Assembly (NCBI GenBank): GCA_964354495.1
Contig: CAYHAA010000016.1
Location: 38,585-70,584 of the forward strand
From: an uncultured archaeon
Lineage (GTDB): Archaea > Asgardarchaeota > Thorarchaeia > Thorarchaeales > Thorarchaeaceae
Length of the DNA stretch: 32,000 nucleotides
Direction: 5' to 3'
Shown here piece after piece: positions 6,992 to 16,785 of the stretch (its first letter is position 1; every line of letters starts with the position of its first letter). Under the pieces are notes generated by a model. It was not told where the DNA came from and made no database searches. It was given only the letters and a program-made list of their open reading frames with translations. Made by a program: the position numbers and the translations under genes.

Positions 6992-7801
6992 TCACTTCTT
7001 GAAGACCATCTGGTAGAAGGTTTCGTTCATGATATAGGTGATTTCGACATTGGACGCCTTCTCAGGGAGGAACTCAAGGGGTGGACGTGCTGCGAAGAGT
7101 GAGTTCGTCTTGATGATCTCCTTTCCCTTCTCAGTATTCCTCATTCGTGGTGACAGTCCCTCATCTATCACGATTACCATGCCCTCGCTTCTAGCTATCC
7201 TCAGCATCTCCTTCAGAGCTCCATGGATATCCGAGAAGGTGTTGATACCCCCCGTATGAAGTACAATATCGAAGAAATTGCTTTGATATGGGATGTTGAA
7301 CACACTACCGTGGGTCAGGCTGGCATCGATCCCCAACTCTGCCATTTTTCGTTTAGCCACGCCCAGCATTCGTGTTGAGAGATCCATGCCATGAAGGTTG
7401 AATCTGCCCATCTGGCCCTTGAACCGGTTGTGAAGAGCGATAAAATTGGCTGCTGTACCGAGGCTGACATCGATAATTCTGGTCGGCCCTTCAATGGGAA
7501 CGAACATAGCGAGTCGTTCTCGCTCCTTCATCATATTGATCCCAAGCCAGTCATCATACTGCTTGACCAATTCATCGTATGACTCGGCCATCTCATCATA
7601 TTTCTTGATCCACTTTGCATCCTTTGCCCCTATAGGGGGATAGACAAGTGAGAGTATCTCACTATGTATGGGCCACCCATGCCCCTTCTCACAGATTATC
7701 GGCCGCTCTTCGACACTCTCATTCGATGCAGACTCTCTGCTGAATTGAAGCTTCTTTCCGCATTGAGGGCACTTGAGAGCAGCAAGATGAGGTTCTTTCA
7801 T
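6992..7801 (-). CDS. Class I SAM-dependent methyltransferase (UbiE-like) with an N-terminal zinc-ribbon (Trm112/RlmA-like) domain
   Basis: N-terminal CPQC...CEKGH. Motif I 'IIDVSLGTA', 'GMDLSTRML', and post-II 'IPYQSNFFDIVLHTGGIN'. Confidence 0.85.
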   Translation of the reverse strand: MKEPHLAALKCPQCGKKLQFSRESASNESVEERPIICEKGHGWPIHSEILSLVYPPIGAKDAKWIKKYDEMAESYDELVKQYDDWLGINMMKERERLAMFVPIEGPTRIIDVSLGTAANFIALHNRFKGQMGRFNLHGMDLSTRMLGVAKRKMAELGIDASLTHGSVFNIPYQSNFFDIVLHTGGINTFSDIHGALKEMLRIARSEGMVIVIDEGLSPRMRNTEKGKEIIKTNSLFAARPPLEFLPEKASNVEITYIMNETFYQMVFKK

Positions 7802-7883
7802 CAGGTTTCTACGCCACCACAGTCTATCATCTGCTGTTAAATATGAATCGCATCAGAAATGCTAGGTCATAGGATATGTTGAC

Positions 7884-8765
7884 CTAGTGGGGCCTGTTTT
7901 GGATGATCATCTCCACGCTTGAGATGACCGTCTTCACGACCTGCCATTGAATAAGGACCACAAGTCTGCTGCGAATATGAAGCGACCAAGGTTGTGTTGC
8001 GTCATCTCCGGGAAGAAAGACACCGATACTCTCACGCCCATCAACATTCATGATGAGTATTCTTGTTGGTTCCCAGTCATCGGGTGATAGCCTTGGAGCC
8101 TGAAAAATCTCCCTGAAGCTCTCCATGAATAGGTCCTTGCCGGGCATGGCCACACTCATAGTGAGATAATGTTCAAGTCCCTTGACCTGTTCGAACCCGG
8201 GTGTTGTTGTTATGAGTTCGATACTCACACCTCGGTTCTTTGCAGTACTGAATGCGCCTCTGAGATGGTTGAGGAGAACAGGCCAAGCTGACGCAATGTA
8301 GACATACTCCTGCGCGCTCTCAATCGATGTCCGCATACCCATGATGACCTGTTCCATCCCCTGTACAGACCAAGCAAACTCCTTGGCATCTGTCCCCCTA
8401 AGAGTCTGCAGTCCCTTCAGGGCCTTTCGGGCACTGCTTGCAGAGCTAGTCACTCTCTCCTCAAGATGATCTAGAGCTGCATCGACGGGAGCCGGGTCGA
8501 ACTGCGTTGGATCCGTTCCTGCCACCTTCTTGATCACTCCTCGCTTTTCAAGAAGCTCGAGTGTTTCATACACCTTGCTCCTAGGAATACCAGACCCTTC
8601 GGCGATGGCTCTTGCAGTGGACCTCCCGAGTTTGACCAGCGTGTGGTACGCCTTTGCCTCGTTCTTTGTCAGACCGATTCTTGTTAGATCATCAACAATG
8701 CTGCTCTGTGTCAATATGACCACGGGTCTTCCATACAAGGACGCGAGTTTTAAGTTGATTGTCAC
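7884..8765 (-). CDS. TrmB-family transcriptional regulator
   Basis: 'LTRIGLTKNEAKAYHTL...ARAIAEGSGIPRSKVYETLELLEKRGVI' is the TrmB wHTH, followed by an effector-binding domain. Start codon uncertain. Confidence 0.9.
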   Translation of the reverse strand: MTINLKLASLYGRPVVILTQSSIVDDLTRIGLTKNEAKAYHTLVKLGRSTARAIAEGSGIPRSKVYETLELLEKRGVIKKVAGTDPTQFDPAPVDAALDHLEERVTSSASSARKALKGLQTLRGTDAKEFAWSVQGMEQVIMGMRTSIESAQEYVYIASAWPVLLNHLRGAFSTAKNRGVSIELITTTPGFEQVKGLEHYLTMSVAMPGKDLFMESFREIFQAPRLSPDDWEPTRILIMNVDGRESIGVFLPGDDATQPWSLHIRSRLVVLIQWQVVKTVISSVEMIIQNRPH

Positions 8766-8786
8766 TTTCGGAGTGACACACCTTGC

Positions 8787-9062
8787 TTACTCAGTGTCAA
8801 TGTCCTCGCCTTCGAGGATTCGCTCTATTTCATACAGCCTGTTCACAATTGCGATTCCCTTGTCTGTCAAGGATAGGTACGGGCTTTCATTCTCTCCAAC
8901 GAACTGATAGACCAGCTCCTCTGTGAGTAGTCTGTCACGAATCTCGAGAAACCTTCCCTCATCGCCTATCCTGCTGCTCAGATCTTTCTCAAAGCGGTCG
9001 CCCCAGACCAGTTCGAACAAAGTCTCCCTCACATCCCTTAGGACAAGGAACTCTAGTGTCAT
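8787..9062 (-). CDS. Small hypothetical protein, possibly winged-helix
   Basis: 'RLLTEELV...YLSLTDKGIAIV' resembles a wHTH wing-helix end. Start placed at ATG 9062 to leave room for the divergent promoter; uncertain. Confidence 0.55.
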   Translation of the reverse strand: MTLEFLVLRDVRETLFELVWGDRFEKDLSSRIGDEGRFLEIRDRLLTEELVYQFVGENESPYLSLTDKGIAIVNRLYEIERILEGEDIDTE

Positions 9063-9168
9063 GGTAGCCAACGATAGAAACAGCCTCATAATGAAGCATT
9101 CGATGTCACTCCCTTCGTGACACCAGCATAATATGCCTTGACTCACCTAGTTAGTACGGGTGATTTGA

Positions 9169-10131
9169 CTGGCATCAATCGTCGAAGTCACAGATCTCAC
9201 ACATGTCTACGCTGGTGGAATCAAGGCGCTCGATGGACTCTCGTTCTCAATCAAAAAGGGTGAGATTGTCGGCATTCTCGGCCCCAATGGTGCAGGTAAA
9301 TCGACTGCGGTGAAGATGATGACCGGCATCCTGCGGCCGACCTCAGGAAGCGTAAAGATTGCTGGAAAGGAGGTCGCTGAGAACCTCGACGCTGTAAGAA
9401 GAATCATTGGTTTCATGCCACAGGAGACCGCTCTATATGAGGACTTGACTGCCCAAGAGGCGCTTGAGTATCACGCTGAGCTCTATGCTGTACCAAAGAA
9501 TGAAGTAAGAGAACGAGTAGCAAAGATGCTTGAATTGGCAGGGCTCACAGCCCGCAAGAATGACCTTGTGAAGACCTACTCTGGGGGCATGAAGCGCCGG
9601 CTTGCACTGGTGCGTTCAATTCTGCATGACTCCGAGCTCCTCATACTTGATGAGATGTCGCTTGGAGTGGATGTGCAGAGTCGGAATCTGATCTGGAATC
9701 AGGTCCGCAAGATGAGGAATCAAGGCCGGACAGTGCTCTTCTGTACCAACTACATGGATGAGGCTGAGGCACTTGCCGACCGGGTCATTATCATCGACAA
9801 TGGTCGTCTTGTGGCAGCAGGCACATCTGCTGAACTGAAGCAGAAGTATGTAGGCAACTATCTGATTGAGGTTCTGATTGAAGGGATGAGTTCTGAAGAG
9901 GGACACGAATGGTTAGAGCAGAGAGTGCAGCTTGAGGTGGAGAAGGTCTCCGACCCATTGAATGTCGGTCCGCGTACAGCTTGGATTCGAAGTAAGGCAG
10001 GTCACGTAGATCTGCCCCTCGTGATTGGCAGACTGACTGAGAGCGGCCTCGCCGTGAAACAGGCATCGATGAGAGAACCATCACTGGGGGACGTGTTTCT
10101 AGCAATCACTGGTTCGAGTCTGAGGGATTGA
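9169..10131 (+). CDS. ABC-2 (DrrA-like) exporter ATP-binding subunit with a probable CTG start
   Basis: Walker A GPNGAGKS (9280-9303) lies upstream of the ORF-track start. In-frame TGA at 9166-9168, SD GGGTGA at 9158-9163, then CTG at 9169. Signature YSGGMKRR and Walker B LILDE. Confidence 0.9.
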   Translation: MASIVEVTDLTHVYAGGIKALDGLSFSIKKGEIVGILGPNGAGKSTAVKMMTGILRPTSGSVKIAGKEVAENLDAVRRIIGFMPQETALYEDLTAQEALEYHAELYAVPKNEVRERVAKMLELAGLTARKNDLVKTYSGGMKRRLALVRSILHDSELLILDEMSLGVDVQSRNLIWNQVRKMRNQGRTVLFCTNYMDEAEALADRVIIIDNGRLVAAGTSAELKQKYVGNYLIEVLIEGMSSEEGHEWLEQRVQLEVEKVSDPLNVGPRTAWIRSKAGHVDLPLVIGRLTESGLAVKQASMREPSLGDVFLAITGSSLRD

Positions 10132-10132
10132 G

Positions 10133-11266
10133 ATGCTGCGCGAGATTGCTGCTATCGTGAGGAAGGATCTGAAACAGGCGAAGCGCGATCCCTTGTTCCT
10201 TGGGCCCAGTCTAATCATACCCTTTGTCTTTCTACTAGTATATGCAATCATGTGGAACAGTGTCGGAGGCGGAGAGTCCTTTGCCTGTGGTCTTGTCGTG
10301 ATGGACACATCCCCCGAGGCTGAAGACATGGCAGATATCATTGAGAACATGGTCTCCACGACGAATTATACCTGGTTCAGTATCGAGAGATACGATCTCA
10401 CTACAGCTGATGAGCTCTATCGGAGCTCTTCACTGATATCTTACATTCTGATACCTGATGGATTTGGTGACAACATCACGTCCATGCAAAACGCAACAGT
10501 CGTGATGTACATCAACAACTCAAATGATGACATCGTCAAGAACTACGTTCATAGACTAGAAGCAGCAGTTCTTCTCTTCAACCAGGGCGCTGTCTACCCG
10601 GAGTTCGACCAATCGACCGCTCCGATATCGATTGAAGAGTCCTATAGCAATACTGCAACTCCATCGAACTTGTCTTACATGGCAGCAGTGGATATACTCT
10701 TGTCATTCATGACGTGTGCACTGGCAAGTCAGGCCATGTTGACTGCCACTGAGTTCGAAACTGGAGCCATTCAGGACACCCTGAGCTCCCCGACTCCCCG
10801 TATTGCTCTGGTCCTAGGTAGAACCCTTGCTGCCATCCCCCGATCATTCGCTGCGTCTTTGATATCGGCTCCAGTCATCTGTTTCAGTATGAACGTATTT
10901 CCAACTGGTAACGCACTCATTCTATTCGGAATACTGATTCTCTCCATCCTTGCTTTGGTCCCAATAGGCGAACTGATTGGGATGAAGATACGAAACAGAG
11001 AACAGGCTCTGCTTGCTGGCGTGCTCTTTGTAGTAATCGGTTTCGTAGTCGGGGGCGGTATGGCTCCCATTGCTCTCTCTCCCGCAGAAATCAGAGGTGT
11101 CGTTGGGCTTCTGCCGACCACCCATTCTCTTATTCTCTGGGCGCGAGTCTTCTTCCTTGACACGACTCTAGGCTTGATGACCAGTTCTGTGGTCTTGATT
11201 GCTACTTGGCTTGTGATGTCTGCTGTGGTAGCACATCAGATGAAGAAGGAGGTCGAAAGGCCATGA
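10133..11266 (+). CDS. ABC-2 type permease with a large extracytoplasmic loop
   Basis: N-terminal 'RKDLKQAKRDP' plus TM, extracytoplasmic loop, 'EFETGAIQDTLSSP' motif and several C-terminal TMs. Confidence 0.9.
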   Translation: MLREIAAIVRKDLKQAKRDPLFLGPSLIIPFVFLLVYAIMWNSVGGGESFACGLVVMDTSPEAEDMADIIENMVSTTNYTWFSIERYDLTTADELYRSSSLISYILIPDGFGDNITSMQNATVVMYINNSNDDIVKNYVHRLEAAVLLFNQGAVYPEFDQSTAPISIEESYSNTATPSNLSYMAAVDILLSFMTCALASQAMLTATEFETGAIQDTLSSPTPRIALVLGRTLAAIPRSFAASLISAPVICFSMNVFPTGNALILFGILILSILALVPIGELIGMKIRNREQALLAGVLFVVIGFVVGGGMAPIALSPAEIRGVVGLLPTTHSLILWARVFFLDTTLGLMTSSVVLIATWLVMSAVVAHQMKKEVERP

Positions 11267-12435
11267 ATCAGGCGCTAAGAGTGATAGAGGCTTGCTTCAT
11301 CAAGGAGCTCAGGGTCTGGCGACGGAATCCTCGTAAACTCATGTTGGTGATTCTATTGCCTCTCATGTTCTTCGTGTCATTTACGATGCTCATGGGAGGA
11401 GTATACTATGGCTCTGGCGTCGATACAGCTCTTGTAGTGGAAGAACAGAGTCCTGGGCTTTACACCAATGGGTTGATTGAGATTCTCGGCCAGAGCGATG
11501 TCATCCCACCACGACTGAATCCGATTCCTATGGATGCACAGACCGCTGATGCACTGTTTCAGAATGGCAACATCTTGCTGGTCATCACTATTCCGGATGG
11601 CTTTGAGAATGCACTGGTGACCAATGCGACGACATCTATTCACATCCAGGTGGCGAACATACACGAAGACTTGACCAAGAATCTGAGGATGCCTGTCATC
11701 AGGAAGCTTGACATCTTTTACCAGACCTATCTCTTGAATGACTCCCTAGTGGACTTCAACATCGAGACCATGCGCCCATTCTCGCCGCCCAGACTTGCCT
11801 ACATGGCTTGGACAATTACTGTCTACGCAATCATGTTCAGCGCAATTTTTGCCGCTGGGTCTGCTATGACTCAGGAGTTCGAGCAGAAGACAATGGATGA
11901 ACTCACGCTCTCTAATCAACCACCTCGATACATCTACTTGGGCAAGATGTTGAGTGCTGTTGCCATCAGCTACATCGCTCCTCCGCTCCTATTCATGCTG
12001 AGCTATCTCCTATTCGGTGTCTGGCCCTCCGGAGACTTTCTGGTCTTCTTGCTGCTTACGTCTCTCCTAGCTCTCTTCTGTTCGGGAATTGGGATCATAG
12101 TGGGTGCGATAGTCCGTAATTCTGTGTTCACCGTGCCCACTGCAGCTCTGACAGGTATCTTCTACTGGATTGTTGGAGGCGGAATCGCACCGCTCGAAAT
12201 CATCGGTGCTTCCTTTGGAGCCTTCGACGAATATCTCCCGATAGCCAATGTGTATCGGTCGCTGATCAGGATGTTCATTGACGGTAACTATGAATGGCTG
12301 CTTGTCGATATTGGTATCATCGGAGTCTTTGCTGCTGTTTTTGTGATCATCTCCCCAACCATAGCGTACAGGGCTGCACAGGTGAACTTTGGTCAGAAAC
12401 TGCAGCACATGAGGAGCAGAAGACAGCGTACCTAA
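11263..12435 (+). CDS. ABC-2 type permease (second paralog)
   Basis: Start at ATG 11263 (ATGA overlap, SD GGAGGT). Motifs 'KELRVWRRNP' and 'EFEQKTMDELTLS'. Confidence 0.9.
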   Translation: MNQALRVIEACFIKELRVWRRNPRKLMLVILLPLMFFVSFTMLMGGVYYGSGVDTALVVEEQSPGLYTNGLIEILGQSDVIPPRLNPIPMDAQTADALFQNGNILLVITIPDGFENALVTNATTSIHIQVANIHEDLTKNLRMPVIRKLDIFYQTYLLNDSLVDFNIETMRPFSPPRLAYMAWTITVYAIMFSAIFAAGSAMTQEFEQKTMDELTLSNQPPRYIYLGKMLSAVAISYIAPPLLFMLSYLLFGVWPSGDFLVFLLLTSLLALFCSGIGIIVGAIVRNSVFTVPTAALTGIFYWIVGGGIAPLEIIGASFGAFDEYLPIANVYRSLIRMFIDGNYEWLLVDIGIIGVFAAVFVIISPTIAYRAAQVNFGQKLQHMRSRRQRT

Positions 12436-13305
12436 TCATCCGCGAGCGGGGCAGCAGATTGCATACAAGTCAGTCGATAGTGTGGCCTCTGTATCTTTTC
12501 CACAGACCATTCTCCAGGAGAATGATACCTCTTTGAACCCGTACTCATGTAGCAGGTCTAGTGACGCTGTGTTAGTTTCGAGAACGCCGGCATTTAGGGT
12601 CTTTTTTGCCACACCTTTGGCGAAGCCCAACAGGAGTCGTTCTGCAAATGTGTTTGATCTCATCATGGCCCACGGACCTATCCGAATAGAGTCGCCACTT
12701 GTACTTCCCATGATATAACCATGAATCTCATCATTAATCTCGAGTACCTTACAGTACTCTGGATGGGTAACATATCTCATTCTAAGGAAGCGGTCTCTTC
12801 TACCACCAAATAAACTCGCATCAAGTCTTGTGATAGGTGTGAGGTCATCCTGCCTCATGGGTCGCACATCTCTTGACCCTTCACCCACCATCACACCCTC
12901 TAGTCTCAAGGACCTGCAGATCTTTCTGAATCCCAGCCTCTCATAGAGTGTCACAGCTCTGGGAACACCATCGAGCAGTATTGATTGCGCTCCCTGATTT
13001 TGAAGGTAGTGCATTGCATGTTCCATGAGCGTCTTGCCACATTGTTGTCCTCTACAGGATTTGTCAACTATCAGGTTGCCAATGAATCCAAACTTCTGGT
13101 ATGGGACTGCACAGACCATGCCGATTGGCTCCGCATCGATCTCACCGACAAAACAGCCATGGGGATCATATTCGAGCAACTCCTCAAAATCGTGTCTCGT
13201 GCTGCTCCATCCTTCAGCACCTGTCATTACAAGTGCGAAATCTAGGTCCTCACGGGACATTGTTCTGATTTGTATTGATGCCCACTCTCCTTCCCAAGTC
13301 CTCAA
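12436..13305 (-). CDS. GNAT-family acetyltransferase (two-domain, YitH-like)
   Basis: 'FIGNLIVDKSCRGQQCGKTLM...LYERLGF' acetyl-CoA motif, and a second domain with 'IGPW'. Confidence 0.9.
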   Translation of the reverse strand: MRTWEGEWASIQIRTMSREDLDFALVMTGAEGWSSTRHDFEELLEYDPHGCFVGEIDAEPIGMVCAVPYQKFGFIGNLIVDKSCRGQQCGKTLMEHAMHYLQNQGAQSILLDGVPRAVTLYERLGFRKICRSLRLEGVMVGEGSRDVRPMRQDDLTPITRLDASLFGGRRDRFLRMRYVTHPEYCKVLEINDEIHGYIMGSTSGDSIRIGPWAMMRSNTFAERLLLGFAKGVAKKTLNAGVLETNTASLDLLHEYGFKEVSFSWRMVCGKDTEATLSTDLYAICCPARG

Positions 13306-13338
13306 TGAATCAACTATGCATACTACCTAACAAGAGAT

Positions 13339-14505
13339 TCAATGTTTCTCAGCTTGTTCGGTTGGAAGCTCAATCCTGTCTACAGTTTCTATCTCTTTAT
13401 TGTGTCTATTGCTCACTCTGAAGAGTGCAAACGAGAGTATTGACATTGCTGCGGCAAAGAGCATTGCCGGCCAATATTCTGGCCAGATAAAATAGAAGGC
13501 CGTGGCGAGAATGGGCCCGATTACTCCTGAGAAGGCAAACATTGATTGAAGAAGACCAACTGCTGTTGACCTCTCCTGGTTATTCTCAGTGACATACTTC
13601 AATGAACCGACATACAGACATGCCCATGACAGTCCCAATAGTACCTGTGACGGTAATATCTCCAGGATATTCCTTGCAAATGGGAACCAGGCAAAGGTAA
13701 CAGCCGAAGCGATTAATCCAATGGTAATCAATTTCCTGCTCTCCACACGGTCTGTTATTGTTGCCATGAATACTACCTGCGACAATGCATTTGTTGCCTG
13801 TACAATCGCGATGGTAAACGTGGTCCCCCCAAGGTCAAAGAGGAATAAGGGCCAAAGAGCCCAGATAGCTGCAGAGCTACTCTGCCTGATCAAGACTGCT
13901 GTGTAGACATGTATGTTGCGTTTGAAGGTCTCCACAGGAAATAACGGCACTCTCATGGAAACCCTTGGAATCTCGGGTAGAGTTAGAGCTGAAAGAAAGG
14001 CAATCGCCAAGAAGATTGTAGACATGACAAATGCATAGTAGATGTTGAAGCCCGCAGCATATCCTGCAAAGAGCGTTCCGAGTCCCCATCCTACTGCACC
14101 CCATGTAGCGAATCTTCCCATCTTAATCTTCGATTCATATGCATAGGCCGCAAGAGCTCCTGGATACATACCGACACAGAAACCGTTCATCACACGTACA
14201 ATGAACAGTATTTCTAGGCTTGTTGATACGAGAAGCAATGAGATGCTCAAGGTAGCCAGAAGGAGACCTGCTCTAATGATCATCCGCCTGCCATAGACAT
14301 CACCAGCTCGTCCAAAGATGTACGATGCAATGAATGCGGCAGTAGCTTCACCACCCACGATGAGAGGGATGTAGATCTCTGAGACGCTCAGATTTTCTCT
14401 CGCCAGAATCGGAACGAAGGTATAGACTGACAGCAATGCCGCTCCTGCCGTAATCTGGATAATCTGAGTCTTCAAGCGATAGTCACTACGATGGCGCATC
14501 TGCAC
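13339..14505 (-). CDS. Major facilitator superfamily transporter
   Basis: About 12 hydrophobic segments and motif A 'GRAGDVYGRR'. Confidence 0.9.
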   Translation of the reverse strand: MQMRHRSDYRLKTQIIQITAGAALLSVYTFVPILARENLSVSEIYIPLIVGGEATAAFIASYIFGRAGDVYGRRMIIRAGLLLATLSISLLLVSTSLEILFIVRVMNGFCVGMYPGALAAYAYESKIKMGRFATWGAVGWGLGTLFAGYAAGFNIYYAFVMSTIFLAIAFLSALTLPEIPRVSMRVPLFPVETFKRNIHVYTAVLIRQSSSAAIWALWPLFLFDLGGTTFTIAIVQATNALSQVVFMATITDRVESRKLITIGLIASAVTFAWFPFARNILEILPSQVLLGLSWACLYVGSLKYVTENNQERSTAVGLLQSMFAFSGVIGPILATAFYFIWPEYWPAMLFAAAMSILSFALFRVSNRHNKEIETVDRIELPTEQAEKH

Positions 14506-14619
14506 CCCCTTTTCAACGAATCTATGCGGTCAAGTGCTGGGGATGTGCTATGCGCTAGCAAAACCTTTTCTCTCCTCACTCTGAAGTCATCTTGAAGACT
14601 ATCGATAGGAAGTGTGTGA

Positions 14620-15012
14620 ATGGTCAAGCTGACTCCCAGGCTCAAGTTCATCGCGATAACTGTTGATGAGCTATTGTTGGTGCCCCTTCTAATTGTGCTG
14701 GCCTACTACTTTGTACCTGAGCTTCTCCTCTTCACGATAGTTGTATCAATTGCTGGTGCTGCAATCTTCGTAGCTGTGAAGTATCGGTTGGTATATGATT
14801 CACTCAAGGACGGGCCTTACTATCAATACGATCTCGAAGGTACGAGGTGCCTAGTGATTGAGACGGTCACCCCTAACGCTGGCAAGATAAAGGTGGGCGC
14901 AGAGATCTGGGAAGCGAGGACTGATTTCGGTGAGATTTCCCCGGGGACTGAAGCAGTCGTTCTCTCCAGAGAAAACTTCAAAGTTCGCGTCAAGCCTTGG
15001 CAGAGCGACTAG
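14620..15012 (+). CDS. NfeD-like protein (N-terminal TMs plus C-terminal OB-fold)
   Basis: 'GKIKVGAEIWEART..GEISPGTEAVVLSRENFKVRV' is the NfeD C-terminal pattern. Confidence 0.85.
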   Translation: MVKLTPRLKFIAITVDELLLVPLLIVLAYYFVPELLLFTIVVSIAGAAIFVAVKYRLVYDSLKDGPYYQYDLEGTRCLVIETVTPNAGKIKVGAEIWEARTDFGEISPGTEAVVLSRENFKVRVKPWQSD

Positions 15013-15116
15013 AGCACAGGATTCGCCTCTATTCATCTTGCCACAATGTCATGTCTATGTGACACAATACTTTAGAGTCCGTTAGAGCGTGTGGCTGATG
15101 TACAAGGCGACGGTCT

Positions 15117-16100
15117 ATGATTGTCACTGTGACCACGGTTGTGCTGCTAGTCATAGGAATTCTCTCTCTGGTTCTTGCTCTCTACGGTGGCTACATCTCC
15201 CTTGCAATCACTGATGGTACTAGAAGCACAGGCGATGCACGTCAGACATCTGAACAGTATTACTATCTACTCGGTATGATTGGTATCATCGTCCTAGTGG
15301 CTCGTCTTCTCAATGCGCCAATCTTCTTCTGGATGTTGCAATCACTCGTCCCATATTGTCCCGGCGCAATGTGCTCATACGGGGTCATCAACATGGGTGC
15401 ACCATACTCCACCATTGCACTCATACTGAAGCTTCTCCTTCCATTCATCTACGGGCTCTGGATCGCTTTTGAGCTAGCAAACAAGCGAGAGCCTCTCCTC
15501 CCATTCATGAGAAGACTTGCCCGTTCTTTCGCTCTTGTGCTCTTGCCACTCGTCCTCATTGATAGTGCTGTTGACATTCTCTTCGTTGCTTCAATTCGGC
15601 CTGTCTATGCTCCCTGCTGCTCAAGCGTGTACGATGTTGACCCTCCATTCTCACCCTCCGCTCTATTTGGCCCGCAGTTTGGTCTGTTGATTGTGCTCCT
15701 GACTGTGGTCGTGTCCATCACCATAATTCTCATCCAGTGGTCTGAGAAGAAGTACAGGGTATTACCGTATGTCACCCTGACTCTCTCCTTGGCAGCTGCG
15801 CTCCTCTATCTCATCGCAGTTCATGACACTCTTGCTCCCTTGGTCTTGGGACTACCTAGTCATCACTGTCCATACTGTCTGTTCCAAGAGTTTCCCGATG
15901 CAGCCATCTTTGCAGGCATGTTTTGGGTTGGAGTGGCATCTGCAGGATGGCGTTCAATTCTGGAGATAGCTTGGCGGAGAGATCAATTGGCTGAGATACA
16001 CATCACGAGTATGACTGGATTCCTCCTCAGACTGTCTTCAATCACAATCTTGTTCAGTATGGTCAGTCTCGTTTCACATATCCTGGTGGCATTCTCGTGA
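15117..16100 (+). CDS. Integral membrane protein with clustered Cys/His motifs (CPGAMC, CC, HHCPYC)
   Basis: 327 aa, about 8 TMs, with metal-ligand-like motifs in the loops. Resembles an uncharacterised bacterial family with GAMC/CC/HHCPxC motifs (recognised from memory). Confidence 0.75.
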   Translation: MIVTVTTVVLLVIGILSLVLALYGGYISLAITDGTRSTGDARQTSEQYYYLLGMIGIIVLVARLLNAPIFFWMLQSLVPYCPGAMCSYGVINMGAPYSTIALILKLLLPFIYGLWIAFELANKREPLLPFMRRLARSFALVLLPLVLIDSAVDILFVASIRPVYAPCCSSVYDVDPPFSPSALFGPQFGLLIVLLTVVVSITIILIQWSEKKYRVLPYVTLTLSLAAALLYLIAVHDTLAPLVLGLPSHHCPYCLFQEFPDAAIFAGMFWVGVASAGWRSILEIAWRRDQLAEIHITSMTGFLLRLSSITILFSMVSLVSHILVAFS

Positions 16101-16106
16101 TGTCAT

Positions 16107-16784
16107 CTACTCCTTGATGCGACCGTCATGCATCATAAGACGCACATCCGCCCACTGCAACACAGCTGGATCATGCGAGGCCACCACTACTGTCAATCCC
16201 TCTTCCTCCACCATAATTCGTAGAGCGGCCAGAAGTTCCTTAGTCAACTCCTCATCAATTGATGCACTAGGTTCGTCCGCAATGAGTATCCTCGGACTAT
16301 TCATGAGAGCTCTGGCAATGCCCACTCTCTGCAGCTCTCCGCCGCTCAGTTCTACGACTCTGAAGTCAAGTCTCTGCTCCATGCCGAGGGAAGTGAGCCT
16401 CTCTCTCGCGAGTCTCTCTGCTTCTGAGCGAGAGATATCAGTACAGAGCAGCGGTAATGCAACATTCTCTGTTGCTGTCAGCTGGGGAATGAGGTATTGT
16501 GCCTGAAAGATGAATCCTATCTCGGTCCGCCTGAGCCTTGTTCTGAACACCTCCGAGAGTTCTGAAACCTCTTGATCACCTAGGAAGATTTCGCCTCTTG
16601 AGGGCCTTGTCAAAAGCCCAATCAGGCTGAGCGCCGTGCTCTTGCCTGAACCACTGGGTCCTCCCAAGGCAGTGATTGTGCCTCTTTCAATCTCTATGCT
16701 GAGATCCCGGACTGCGTCCACCTGCCGAGGAGTGTTGGCTCCATATGTCTTCCAGACATTCTCTGTCCTTATTGTGGCTGCCAT
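16107..16784 (-). CDS. LolD/MacB-type ABC transporter ATP-binding protein
   Basis: GPSGSGKST, LSGGELQR, ILIADEP and ASHD are all canonical. Start at ATG 16784. Confidence 0.92.
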   Translation of the reverse strand: MAATIRTENVWKTYGANTPRQVDAVRDLSIEIERGTITALGGPSGSGKSTALSLIGLLTRPSRGEIFLGDQEVSELSEVFRTRLRRTEIGFIFQAQYLIPQLTATENVALPLLCTDISRSEAERLARERLTSLGMEQRLDFRVVELSGGELQRVGIARALMNSPRILIADEPSASIDEELTKELLAALRIMVEEEGLTVVVASHDPAVLQWADVRLMMHDGRIKE

Positions 16785-16785
16785 C

